64,000 nucleotides of DNA from NCBI GenBank assembly GCA_018334075.1, contig JAGXSC010000044.1, positions 53-64,052 of the forward strand. The letters are read 5' to 3'. Source of the DNA: Actinomycetota bacterium. Lineage in GTDB: Bacteria > Actinomycetota > Coriobacteriia > Anaerosomatales > UBA912. The notes under the pieces were generated by a model, which saw only the letters and a list, made by a program, of their open reading frames with translations, had not been told where the DNA came from and did not search any database. The translations under genes and the position numbers were made by a program. Of this stretch, positions 48,238 to 57,475 are shown piece after piece; the first letter of the stretch is position 1; every line of letters starts with the position of its first letter.

Positions 48238-48957
48238 TCATGCCCCTCTCGTAATTGTCGGAATAAATTTGCCACACTCTGCGGCTGCGTGCTCGAGCTC
48301 CTTAGTAGTGTAGGGCTGAACGAGCAAAGCCGCAGGGTCAAGCGTTTGGTGGGGGCGAAATTGCTGCAAAACATAGAGTTCAGCGTCTGCAAGGTCGTGC
48401 GCTATCAACGGAAGATCGCTCAGAGATAAAAGCTGCGGGAACGTTGTAGTCCGGAACTCGTGGGCGATACCACTCTCAATGACCATCCCGGCAGCCAGTT
48501 TGACCTTTTTGCCGGTATCCGGGATAGAAGTTATGTTTTCGTACCTGTCGAATGGAACCTTTATATCCATTGCCACAGAAGATATCAGGTCATCTACGAT
48601 CAGCTTGTACAGCACTTCAGGGCTGGAGCCGTTGCAGTCAAGTTTTACGGGAATTGAATATGCGGCAAACTCTTCGAGCAGGGAAAAGATATTGGGATCA
48701 GAGGTGGGCTCACCCCCACTTATAACCACGCCTTCAATCCACCTCCTTCTTTGGTGGATGTAGGCGAACAGTTCTTTCCAGCAGTCTTGGCTGTCGTTGA
48801 TATGTCGTAGTTGTGGATTGTGGCAGTATGGGCACGAAAACTCGCAACCTGACAGAAAAACCGTGACACTTATGCGGCCTGGCCAGTCCAGCATTCCGGC
48901 CGCGGTCCATCCGGCAATTCGGTTTGTGGGTGGTTTACGTGTTAGCACTAGGGACAT
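48238..48957 (-). CDS. nrdG: anaerobic ribonucleoside-triphosphate reductase activating protein
   Basis: Radical SAM motif CEFSCPYCHNP. Located in the nrdD operon. Confidence 0.88.
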   Translation of the reverse strand: MSLVLTRKPPTNRIAGWTAAGMLDWPGRISVTVFLSGCEFSCPYCHNPQLRHINDSQDCWKELFAYIHQRRRWIEGVVISGGEPTSDPNIFSLLEEFAAYSIPVKLDCNGSSPEVLYKLIVDDLISSVAMDIKVPFDRYENITSIPDTGKKVKLAAGMVIESGIAHEFRTTTFPQLLSLSDLPLIAHDLADAELYVLQQFRPHQTLDPAALLVQPYTTKELEHAAAECGKFIPTITRGA

Positions 48958-48963
48958 TTTTTG

Positions 48964-49209
48964 TCACGAGGCCAGCATGCTCCGCAGCTGCGCGGGGTCG
49001 GGTACGGTACCTCGCCAGCTGAATACCTCAGATCCCGACGAGTCTAAAAGAAGCACTGATGGAGTTGATAGAACTCCATAAAAAGTGGCCTCTGTAAGTC
49101 CGTCGAGATCATCGACGTTAAATATTCGAACGTCGTCGATCCCATCAAGCGCATGCTTGGCGGCCGGACACTTTGGGCAATCGTCCTTCACGAACAACTT
49201 TATATGCAT
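48964..49209 (-). CDS. thioredoxin-fold small redoxin (CPKC motif)
   Basis: 81 aa. KLFVKDDCPKCPAAK has a CxxC in the position typical of Trx/Grx/NrdH-like proteins. Confidence 0.7.
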   Translation of the reverse strand: MHIKLFVKDDCPKCPAAKHALDGIDDVRIFNVDDLDGLTEATFYGVLSTPSVLLLDSSGSEVFSWRGTVPDPAQLRSMLAS

Positions 49210-49252
49210 TATGCTTCCCTATCTTGCGTGGACGGACCTGGTACACCGATTC

Positions 49253-51373
49253 TTACACGGGGCCTTCAAGCTTGGTTCGCACTCGATCATAGAGTTCCCC
49301 TACTTTAGATTTGTTCCATGTTTGAATCTTGGAAAAATAGCCAACGATACGCGTTACTCCGTACACCTTGAGTGAGCCACAAAGCGGGCACTGTGCTTTT
49401 AGTCCCCGACTGGTTTGACAGCAGTCTTCGCAGATTGTGAATTCAGGACTGAACGCCAACTGGGCGCATTGAGTTTGCCGGAAGGCTTTTTTGACAAAAG
49501 ACATAATCGCACCGGGGTCCGGTTCATGTTCACCGAGCCATACATGAACGATAGCCCCTGCCTCTATCAATGGATGGAATCTTGACTGCTTTTCGATACG
49601 CTCGATGTAGTCTACATCTGCGTCAGCGGCAATGTGTATCGAGTTGGTGTAATAGTAATCCCCGGAAGTAAAGTTACCCTTGATGACCGAGGTCGCTTGA
49701 GCCGGCCAATACTTCATATCCAGCTTGGCAAGCCTGTACCCGGCGGATTCGGCCGGACTCTCTTCCAGTACCAGGTTGATGCCGTGGCGACTGGAGAGCT
49801 CTTTGCACTTGAGGTTTAGGGCCGCAACTACCTTCAACCCAAATCTGAGAGCATCCTCCGATTCATGAAGCTGCTTGCCGGTATGGAACTGAACCAGTTC
49901 ATTTAGCCCCATAATTCCTGCCAGATAGGTTAGCTCCGACATCTTGAGATAAGGCTCACCGTCGGTATCTTGTGTCAACATACCCAGCGGACCCGATGCG
50001 CCAAGATCGACTAAGGATTGTATGAACTCTCGCTTTTGGATATGTGCCCGAGCGACCAGCTCTAACAGACGATTAATTTCGAGAAACAAGGCGCTATCGT
50101 TACCCTGAGCCTTGTATGCGACACGAGGAAGATTGATCGTAACATTTTGAAGAGCGGAAAAGCGCATGTGTTCGGGTGTGCTCGTTTGACTGAGTTGATC
50201 CTCATTCAGCTTCAGCTTCAGTCTGCAGCATTGAGATACAGTAACCTCGTCACCTCGGTCGAATACAAAATAAGTGATCCCCTGCTTGCTCGCGACCTGG
50301 CATGCGAGCTTGAGGAACTCTTCGTGCCCGGGTGCTTGAAAGAAATCTTCAGAAATATGCAGCAAGGGTTTTGGAAACACAAATGTCTTTCCGTGCGCAT
50401 CTCCTTTTAGATAGACACGGAACATTGCTTCCAGAAAACGCTGAGCTTCTGGTTCATAGTCCTTGTAAGTCTTACCAGTATACTGCCCGCCAGGACCAAT
50501 TGCCGGGGTGTCCGCAAAATGCTTGGGCACGTTGAAATATAGGTTGAAATCTGTAAAAACTACCTGGCTGCCGCGGGCGCCCGCGAGCTGATTGAACTCG
50601 AAAATCAACATCTGGGCTAGTTGATAGACCTCGGCGTCGGATCGGCCGGTAAGGTATGGCGCGAAAAATATGTTTATCGCTTCCCAGCCGACTGCGCCTG
50701 CATAATGAGCCTGAAGTGAGCTGGCCATTTTCACCAGATGACCGATGAGAACCTCTGCGTGTCGGGCTGGCTTGGATACGCTAGTGACGTTAGGCAGGTT
50801 CAGGCCGTATTTCTTTATGTATTCAAGTGAATGACCTCCGCAGTATGGTCGAACAACAAAGCCAAGGTCGTGGAGGTGGATGTCGCCGACATAATGTGCT
50901 TCTGCGACATCTTCGGAGAATACTCTTCTAAGTGCGAATTCCTTGAGTATGGTCTCGGCGATTGTGAGATTGACGCTCTCCGGATTATGAGTGGTATTGG
51001 AGTTCTCCTTGTTGGCGTTATTGATTATCTGCTCAAGATCCCATATTGGAATACCGAGATGGCTATGCCGCTTGTGGGCATATGTCATACCACGCTCAAG
51101 TAGCTCGAGGTCTACCATCTCTCTGATGATGGCGGTGGTGACTGTCATCAAATCAGTTCGATCGATCCTTGCTTCAACCGCCTCTGCGATATCTTCGGCG
51201 AGCTCTATCGGTATGCCCGCTTCCTTTACAAGCGACTGGCTGATCTTTGACCTGTTCCAAAGATCAATTTCCTGTCTGGAATTGGTGGATACAAGCAATG
51301 CTATGTCGGTAGGATCTGCCGAATACTCGCTAGTCGGCGGCTTGATGACGCTGATTGTGCGTTCCATGACCAT
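49253..51373 (-). CDS. nrdD: anaerobic ribonucleoside-triphosphate reductase (class III)
   Basis: N-terminal ATP-cone. C-terminal Zn-ribbon cysteines (CEDCC...CPLCG) and the glycyl-radical motif TRIVGYFS. Confidence 0.93.
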   Translation of the reverse strand: MVMERTISVIKPPTSEYSADPTDIALLVSTNSRQEIDLWNRSKISQSLVKEAGIPIELAEDIAEAVEARIDRTDLMTVTTAIIREMVDLELLERGMTYAHKRHSHLGIPIWDLEQIINNANKENSNTTHNPESVNLTIAETILKEFALRRVFSEDVAEAHYVGDIHLHDLGFVVRPYCGGHSLEYIKKYGLNLPNVTSVSKPARHAEVLIGHLVKMASSLQAHYAGAVGWEAINIFFAPYLTGRSDAEVYQLAQMLIFEFNQLAGARGSQVVFTDFNLYFNVPKHFADTPAIGPGGQYTGKTYKDYEPEAQRFLEAMFRVYLKGDAHGKTFVFPKPLLHISEDFFQAPGHEEFLKLACQVASKQGITYFVFDRGDEVTVSQCCRLKLKLNEDQLSQTSTPEHMRFSALQNVTINLPRVAYKAQGNDSALFLEINRLLELVARAHIQKREFIQSLVDLGASGPLGMLTQDTDGEPYLKMSELTYLAGIMGLNELVQFHTGKQLHESEDALRFGLKVVAALNLKCKELSSRHGINLVLEESPAESAGYRLAKLDMKYWPAQATSVIKGNFTSGDYYYTNSIHIAADADVDYIERIEKQSRFHPLIEAGAIVHVWLGEHEPDPGAIMSFVKKAFRQTQCAQLAFSPEFTICEDCCQTSRGLKAQCPLCGSLKVYGVTRIVGYFSKIQTWNKSKVGELYDRVRTKLEGPV

Positions 51374-51387
51374 ATTTTGCGACCTCT

Positions 51388-51834
51388 TTACTGGATGTCT
51401 CTAAGTTCACGATAGAATTCGTCAAGATCCTGGAAAGACTTATAAACCGATGCGAAGCGTATGTAGGCCACCTTGTCGATATCTTTGAGAAACTTCAAGG
51501 CTACATCGCCAAGCTCTCTTGCGGTGACCTCATATCGCAAGGAGTTGTGAAGCTCTACCTCGATGTCATCAATTAATGATTCAAGGCGCTCGATCGGGAT
51601 ATTGCGTTTCGCGGTCGCTACCAGGAGCCCTCGGAGAATCTTGCCGCGATCAAAGGGCTCTACGGAGCCATCTTTTTTTGCGACCATCAAGGGCATCTCT
51701 TCTCGGCGCTCGTAAGTCGTGAATCGCGAAGTGCACTTTAGGCACTCACGTCTACGCCTGATGGCGTCCTGCGACTCAGAGACACGGGAGTCCACTACTT
51801 TGGTTTCGTCGTTGGCGCAAAATGGGCAACGCAT
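51388..51834 (-). CDS. nrdR: transcriptional repressor NrdR
   Basis: MRCPFCANDETKVVDSR zinc ribbon plus an ATP-cone. 148 aa. Confidence 0.95.
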   Translation of the reverse strand: MRCPFCANDETKVVDSRVSESQDAIRRRRECLKCTSRFTTYERREEMPLMVAKKDGSVEPFDRGKILRGLLVATAKRNIPIERLESLIDDIEVELHNSLRYEVTARELGDVALKFLKDIDKVAYIRFASVYKSFQDLDEFYRELRDIQ

Positions 51835-51839
51835 TCGTC

Positions 51840-51887
51840 CCCCTACATGTTGGTTTCAACTGAAGACTAAAATACAACATGTAGTGG
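51840..51887 (-). promoter_or_regulatory. pair of NrdR-box-like 16-mers
   Basis: CCCCTACATGTTGGTT (51840-55) and ATACAACATGTAGTGG (51872-87), each centred on ACATGT. Centres are 32 bp apart, directly upstream of nrdR. Confidence 0.55.
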
Positions 51888-51902
51888 TAGTGTGACTAGA
51901 GC

Positions 51903-52274
51903 TTATCTCGATGCCGTGAGTGTTTCTGGGCGATCAGGGATTGGCACTTTTATTGATTCGCCAGCACTAAGCAGCGGGTCACGGATTCCGTTCATGTGTT
52001 TGATGATCTCAACGGTCTGAGCCGTAGAAAGATTGTCTGTACGATATTTTGCGGCCATAGACCACAGGGTGTCACCCGGGCGCACCAAAGCCGTACCTGA
52101 TCCAAGCGCCAAAGATTCAATCGAGTTAGTCCTTGACATGCCGACAAATGCTGAAACACAGATGCCAATGATCGCAGCCAAAATGATGAAAGTTTCCAAC
52201 GGCGTGAGTGAGGCAGATTTACATGATCGCGGTATTTGTCGAGCACGCTTTTTTCCCGGTGACATTCTTTGCAC
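51903..52274 (-). CDS. LysM-domain membrane protein (YneA/ChiZ-like candidate SOS cell-division inhibitor)
   Basis: TM helix (FIILAAIIGICVSAFVG) and a C-terminal LysM (VRPGDTLWSMAAKY...LSAGESIKVP). Divergent from lexA, with SOS boxes upstream. Confidence 0.7.
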   Translation of the reverse strand: MQRMSPGKKRARQIPRSCKSASLTPLETFIILAAIIGICVSAFVGMSRTNSIESLALGSGTALVRPGDTLWSMAAKYRTDNLSTAQTVEIIKHMNGIRDPLLSAGESIKVPIPDRPETLTASR

Positions 52275-52335
52275 CCTTTCCCTTCACTATCGAGTCAGTA
52301 TTTGCTTCAAAGGTACACTCCCGGTCTGACATATG

Positions 52336-52348
52336 CGAACATATGTTC
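52336..52348. promoter_or_regulatory. SOS (LexA/Cheo) box CGAACATATGTTC
   Basis: Perfect GAAC-N4-GTTC. Confidence 0.8.
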
Positions 52349-52362
52349 CTATTCAAGATAAA

Positions 52363-52376
52363 CGAACATACGTTCG
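52363..52376. promoter_or_regulatory. SOS (LexA/Cheo) box CGAACATACGTTCG
   Basis: Perfect CGAAC-N4-GTTCG palindrome. Confidence 0.85.
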
Positions 52377-52426
52377 AATGCAATAGATATTTGCGGTAAG
52401 CTTCTGGTTTGAGCTAGACTTGAATA

Positions 52427-52440
52427 CGAACATACTTTCG
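52427..52440. promoter_or_regulatory. SOS-box-like CGAACATACTTTCG (one mismatch)
   Basis: GAAC-N4-TTTC, 16 nt upstream of the lexA ATG. Confidence 0.6.
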
Positions 52441-52455
52441 GTTAGGAGATCTACC

Positions 52456-53079
52456 ATGTCGTACGGCAAGGATCCAACCAAGAGGCAACTCCAAATACTG
52501 GATTTCATTCGCTCCGAGGTTCATCGCAAAGGCTTTCCCCCATCGGTGCGCGAGATCGGTCAGGCCGTAGGACTCTCTTCATCGTCGACGGTTCACGCCC
52601 ACCTGGCTGCTCTTGAGGCAAAAGGATTGATCAGGCGGGACCCCTCTAAGCCCAGGGCCTTGGAAGTGTTCGATTATCGCGACACTCAAAGGGCTGTTGA
52701 CTATAGTCAGGTAAGAGTTGTTCCGCTCGTTGGTCAGGTATCCGCTGGACAACCGATACTGGCCGCGGAAAACATAGAGGCGACGATGTGCCTTCCTGCC
52801 GAGCTGGCTGACGAATCCACTTTTTTGCTGCGTGTCAGGGGCGACTCAATGATCGAGGCGGGGATTTTGGACGGTGACTTCGTAGTTGTGCGCAAGCAGG
52901 AAACTGCGTCAAATGGCGAGATTGTTGTCGCGCTGCTCGACTCTGAGGCTACCGTCAAGAGGTTCTATCGTGAGGCTAATCAAATCAGGCTGCAGCCAGA
53001 AAATTCGGCGCTCGATCCGATATACAGCCGAGAAGTTGTGATACTTGGTAAGGTCATCGCGCTTTTCCGCCGAATGTAA
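52456..53079 (+). CDS. lexA: LexA repressor
   Basis: AGGAG RBS before ATG 52456. Winged-helix N-terminus, Ala-Gly cleavage site (VSAGQP), catalytic Ser (GDSM) and Lys (TVKRF). Confidence 0.94.
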   Translation: MSYGKDPTKRQLQILDFIRSEVHRKGFPPSVREIGQAVGLSSSSTVHAHLAALEAKGLIRRDPSKPRALEVFDYRDTQRAVDYSQVRVVPLVGQVSAGQPILAAENIEATMCLPAELADESTFLLRVRGDSMIEAGILDGDFVVVRKQETASNGEIVVALLDSEATVKRFYREANQIRLQPENSALDPIYSREVVILGKVIALFRRM

Positions 53080-53120
53080 GAGTGAATTGAGGAGCTGAAG
53101 CTGCCTCCACGCTCAGCGAT

Positions 53121-54428
53121 TTAGCTAGAGTGGACCGATGCCAGGAATGGCTGAAAGCGGTCGATGAGTCTCGGCGGTACCAAAACGACTAGATAGGTTC
53201 CGCTATCAGTGTGCTCCTCGGAGATTATATGAGCTTGTTCTCGCGCAAGTTGTACCAAGTCTCCCCTTGTATACGGCAGTAACACCCTCATTTTGCGGCT
53301 GGCCGCATTTACCGCATCGGATATCCCTGCGATCAGATCCTCAAGGCCGGATTTGTTTACGTTGGAGACAAACAGAGAATCTGGATATTTACGTCTCAAT
53401 GTCTGGAGGGCGTCTTCAGAGAGCAGATCTACCTTGCTATAAACGTTGAGAGTTGGTATTTGATCAGCGCCGATCTCTTGAAGTACTTTCATGACAGCAG
53501 CTGCCTGTGCCTGAGCCTGATGGTGAGATCCATCTATCACATGTAACAGAAGATCGGCTTCGCTGACTTCATCCAGGGTAGACTTGAAGGCTTCCACTAA
53601 TTCATGTGGAAGCTTGTTGATGAACCCGACAGTATCAGTCAGAATGAGTTTTTGGCCGTCGTGTAGCGTCATTTGCCTCGAGGTTGAATCGAGGGTCGCG
53701 AAAAGCTGGTCGTGGGCGAGAACATCAGATCCGGTAAGCGAGTTGAGCAGCGAGGACTTCCCGGCATTGGTGTATCCGACAAGCGCGGCTCTAAATATCC
53801 CGCTTCGGTTTCTTGACTGACGCTGCGTGTTTCGGGTGATGGCGACCTGTCGAAGCTCTCGCTTCAATACGCTGATTCGTTTCCTTGCAAGCCGGCGGTC
53901 GGTTTCCAGCTGTGATTCCCCGGCGCCGAATCTTGTCCCTCGCCCACCGCCGAGCCTCTCAGCGACAAGGTGACTCCACATGCCACGCAAACGCGGCAGC
54001 ATGTACTCCAGCTGAGCGAGTTCTACTTGGATTTTGCCCTCACGAGAAACTGCGTGAATCGCAAAGATGTTGAGGATAAGGGCGGTTCGGTCGAGTATTC
54101 GTCTGCCAGGGATCTTATCTGTGAGGTTGGCCTCTTGCCGAGGACTTAGCTGATCGTCGAATATCACGAAATCCGCACAGCTTTCCTCGGCGATCTTGCG
54201 GATTTCCTCAACCTTGCCTGAGCCAATGAATGTCTGAGGATGCGGTTTATCCAGTTTTTGGGAGGTTACGGCTACGATTTCGTGCCCGAGAGTGTCTGCC
54301 AATCTCTCCAGTTCGGCCAGAGACTCTGCTATCGGCCACTCCATGCTACCGGAATCGAGGCCGACCAGCATGGCGCGCGGGCGGTGGTCGTTTCGTTCCC
54401 ACTCGGGCGCTTTGGTCCGCCCTCCCAC
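53121..54428 (-). CDS. hflX: GTPase HflX
   Basis: HflX N-terminal domain plus G1 motif GYTNAGKSSLLN. Confidence 0.9.
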   Translation of the reverse strand: MGGRTKAPEWERNDHRPRAMLVGLDSGSMEWPIAESLAELERLADTLGHEIVAVTSQKLDKPHPQTFIGSGKVEEIRKIAEESCADFVIFDDQLSPRQEANLTDKIPGRRILDRTALILNIFAIHAVSREGKIQVELAQLEYMLPRLRGMWSHLVAERLGGGRGTRFGAGESQLETDRRLARKRISVLKRELRQVAITRNTQRQSRNRSGIFRAALVGYTNAGKSSLLNSLTGSDVLAHDQLFATLDSTSRQMTLHDGQKLILTDTVGFINKLPHELVEAFKSTLDEVSEADLLLHVIDGSHHQAQAQAAAVMKVLQEIGADQIPTLNVYSKVDLLSEDALQTLRRKYPDSLFVSNVNKSGLEDLIAGISDAVNAASRKMRVLLPYTRGDLVQLAREQAHIISEEHTDSGTYLVVLVPPRLIDRFQPFLASVHSS

Positions 54429-54443
54429 TTTTGCATCCTCCCT

Positions 54444-55601
54444 TTAGAGGGATCGCTTGATGCGCGCCAGAGCTTCGATCAGGCGATCCTCGGGCGTGGC
54501 CAAAGATATGCGGATGTAGCCTTCGCCGCTGGGGCCGTAAGCGTTTCCTGGAGCTACTATGACGTTGGCTTGTTCAAGGATTTTTGTTGCGAAGGAGGCA
54601 GAGTCGTATCCTTCGGGAACTTTTGCCCATACATAGATTGTGCCCTTGGGGACACGAGCGGATATTCCGGCATCGCTCAGTGCGTCGATCACCAGATCGC
54701 GGCGATGCTGATATACACGTGAAAGCTCGAAGGTTATCTCCTGAGGCCCGAGCATCGCTTCTATTGCAGCGTCTTGGACCGCAGTGAAGGCACCAGAATC
54801 GATATTACTTTTGACGGTGCCCAAGGCATTTATGGCAGAGGCGTTTCCGGCCGCAAAGGCGATTCGCCATCCGGTCATGTTATACGCTTTCGAGCAGCTA
54901 AATAGCTCGATTGCAACCTCTTTGGCGCCTGGCCGCTCGAGTAGGCTTGGCGGCCTGTATCCATCAAAGCCAATCTCGCTGTAGGCATTATCGTGTATCA
55001 ACAGCAGGTCATGTTTTTTTGCGAAAGCTATTGCACGATCGAAGTACTCCGGCGAAGCAATGGCCGATGTGGGGTTATTGGGATAGGACAGAAACATCAT
55101 CTTGGCTCTCGCAAGAACATCCGGAGGACAGCTCTCGAAATCCGCCAGGAAGTCGTTCTCCTCGCTCATCGGCATGAACCAGCTCTCCCCACCAACGAGA
55201 ATTCCGCCAGTGTGGTAGACTGGATAACCGCATCCCGGAACAAGAGTCACATCGCCTGGATCCACGTAGGCGATAAAGACGTGGGCGATACCCTCTTTTG
55301 AACCGATCAGAGCAAGAACCTCTGTGTCCGCGTCAAGTTGCACGCCGAAACGGCGATTCATCCACTCGGCGCAAGCCTCACGATATCGCTTCGACCCAAA
55401 ATAGCTGGGGTATTGATGGTTGGAAGGCACTCGGATAGCGTCGCTCATTGCGTTCACGATATTTTCCGGTGTTGGTAAATCAGGGTCTCCGATGCCCAGA
55501 GATATAACATCGATTCCCTGCGAAAGCTTCTCTTCTTTCTTGCGGTCGATTTCGGCAAACAGGTATGGCGGAAGGTTGGCGATCCTGTTGGCTGTTCTCA
55601 C
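54444..55601 (-). CDS. dapL: LL-diaminopimelate aminotransferase (class I aminotransferase)
   Basis: N-terminal NLPPYLFAEID, PLP-lysine SCSKAYNMTGWR, and adjacency to dapF. Confidence 0.7.
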   Translation of the reverse strand: MRTANRIANLPPYLFAEIDRKKEEKLSQGIDVISLGIGDPDLPTPENIVNAMSDAIRVPSNHQYPSYFGSKRYREACAEWMNRRFGVQLDADTEVLALIGSKEGIAHVFIAYVDPGDVTLVPGCGYPVYHTGGILVGGESWFMPMSEENDFLADFESCPPDVLARAKMMFLSYPNNPTSAIASPEYFDRAIAFAKKHDLLLIHDNAYSEIGFDGYRPPSLLERPGAKEVAIELFSCSKAYNMTGWRIAFAAGNASAINALGTVKSNIDSGAFTAVQDAAIEAMLGPQEITFELSRVYQHRRDLVIDALSDAGISARVPKGTIYVWAKVPEGYDSASFATKILEQANVIVAPGNAYGPSGEGYIRISLATPEDRLIEALARIKRSL

Positions 55602-55625
55602 TGCGGGTGCATCCTTTCGTTTTGG

Positions 55626-56492
55626 TTATTGCAGATTGATGGTACCGGAAAAAACTTCTGTTGCAGGTCCTGTCATATATATGTGGTCATCGGTGTCCCA
55701 CAGGATGAAAAGCTCTCCGCCAGGTAGCTCAACGGTGGCACTTCTGCCGACACGATCGGCTAGGCTGGCTGCGACCAAAGTTGCGCATGCCCCTGTTCCA
55801 CAGGCAAGCGTCTCACCCACTCCCCGCTCCCACACCCGCAAGCGTATTCTGTCAACACCAACTACTTGCGCAAACTCGACGTTGGTTTTCAGAGGAAAAA
55901 TGGGACTGTTTTCTATGATGGGCCCTACAGTTGTGACCGGCGCCTTACCGATATCATCTACCCATATCACGGCGTGCGGATTCCCCATGGAGACAGCGGT
56001 AGCGGTGAACTCTCCATAGGGTGTCGCGATCGAATAATCAGAAACGATATCATCCGGCATCAAATCTGAAATATCTTTGGAGATAACCCTAGGCTTACCC
56101 ATATCTACGGTCGCAGCACCCATTAACCCCGCCGAAGTCAGCTCGAAGCGAATAGGCTTTATTCCGCCGAGAGTTTCAACCCTAAGCTCCCCGAGGGAGC
56201 TATCGACGAGTGAATGATCGACAAGGTACTTGGCGAAGCAGCGAACGCCGTTCCCGCACATCTCCGCCTTCGAGCCATCGGCGTTGTGATATAGCATGAA
56301 GTAGTCTGCGGCGGTGCTGGTTGCAGGCCTGACAAGTATCAGTCCGTCTCCGCCTATCCCAAGGTTTCGATCGCACAACCAGGCGATAGTTTCGGCCGGA
56401 ATTTCAATGGAGCAGTCGAGGTCTTCAATCACGACGAAATCGTTGCCGAGGCCGTGCATCTTTGTGAATCGAATTGACATGTACTTCCTCAT
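55626..56492 (-). CDS. dapF: diaminopimelate epimerase
   Basis: FTKMHGLGNDFVV motif and two catalytic Cys motifs (CGNGVRC; ACGTGACA). Confidence 0.92.
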   Translation of the reverse strand: MRKYMSIRFTKMHGLGNDFVVIEDLDCSIEIPAETIAWLCDRNLGIGGDGLILVRPATSTAADYFMLYHNADGSKAEMCGNGVRCFAKYLVDHSLVDSSLGELRVETLGGIKPIRFELTSAGLMGAATVDMGKPRVISKDISDLMPDDIVSDYSIATPYGEFTATAVSMGNPHAVIWVDDIGKAPVTTVGPIIENSPIFPLKTNVEFAQVVGVDRIRLRVWERGVGETLACGTGACATLVAASLADRVGRSATVELPGGELFILWDTDDHIYMTGPATEVFSGTINLQ

Positions 56493-56515
56493 GGTTGTGA
56501 ATCGGTTTTCGCAGA

Positions 56516-57475
56516 TTACATTATGAACGAGTTTGATTCAATTGCCCGAGCAATTTCAGCGGCACAATCTTCGTGAGACTTTCCGGTTGCATCAATCCAG
56601 ACGATACGCTCGTCCCTACGAAACCAGGAGATCTGACGTTTCGCATATCGCCGGGTTGCTTGAATGACAGCGGAAGTGGCCTCAAGAAGCGAGGTACGCC
56701 CCTCAAGCACTGGGACAAACTCTTTGTACCCAATCGCCTGAGCGGACGTAACAGCTTCGCGAAATCCGCGATCAAGCAGTGTTGCGATCTCATCGAGGAG
56801 CCCCGACTCGAGCATCGATTCGACTCGCAGCTCAATCGCCCGATACAAGGCCGCTCTTTCCATGGTCAGCCCAAAGCGGAGGGTTTCGAATACGTCGTGG
56901 TACTCGGAAAATCCCGAATGTTGTTCGGCGTAAGAGCGGCCCTGCTCGGCCATTTCGAGCGCACGGAGGGTTCTCCTTAGATTGTTTGGGTGGATCAGCT
57001 TTGCTGATTCAGGGTCGGCCGCTGTTAATCTCTTGTGCATCGCGTGGGCGCCGATACACTCTGCCTCAGCCTCAAGTTTAAGTCTAGACTCGGAAGATAC
57101 ATCGCCTGCAGGAAACGAAAAGTCATCAAGGACCGCTCTTACATAAAGACCGGTGCCGCCAACCACAAATGGCCTTTTTTCGCGAGAGTCGATGTCGATG
57201 ATCGCCTGGCGCGCACACTCTTGATAGAGAGCCGCCGAGAAGTTCTCTCCAGGCTCGACTAGATCAATGCAGTGATACCGAACGCTTCGCCTCGCAGGTG
57301 GGACTTTGGCCGTTCCTGTATCCATTCCCCGATAGACCTGCATGGAGTCCGCGCTTATTATCTCGCCATTGAGCTGCTCGGCAAGTAGCTGCCCGATACT
57401 GGATTTTCCCACGCCAGTCGGGCCGAGTATCGCGATTACCGGAATTTTTTGGGGAAGCTCACGTATATCTGACAA
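56516..57475 (-). CDS. miaA: tRNA dimethylallyltransferase
   Basis: P-loop GPTGVGKSS, IISADSMQVYRGMD. Confidence 0.92.
   Translation of the reverse strand: MSDIRELPQKIPVIAILGPTGVGKSSIGQLLAEQLNGEIISADSMQVYRGMDTGTAKVPPARRSVRYHCIDLVEPGENFSAALYQECARQAIIDIDSREKRPFVVGGTGLYVRAVLDDFSFPAGDVSSESRLKLEAEAECIGAHAMHKRLTAADPESAKLIHPNNLRRTLRALEMAEQGRSYAEQHSGFSEYHDVFETLRFGLTMERAALYRAIELRVESMLESGLLDEIATLLDRGFREAVTSAQAIGYKEFVPVLEGRTSLLEATSAVIQATRRYAKRQISWFRRDERIVWIDATGKSHEDCAAEIARAIESNSFIM

Noticed and set aside
53089-53107. Hairpin GAGGAGC-TGAA-GCTgCCTC between the convergent lexA and hflX genes, as a possible bidirectional terminator.
   Set aside because: The stem is short and bulged, with no flanking T/A tracts. 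Too weak to call.
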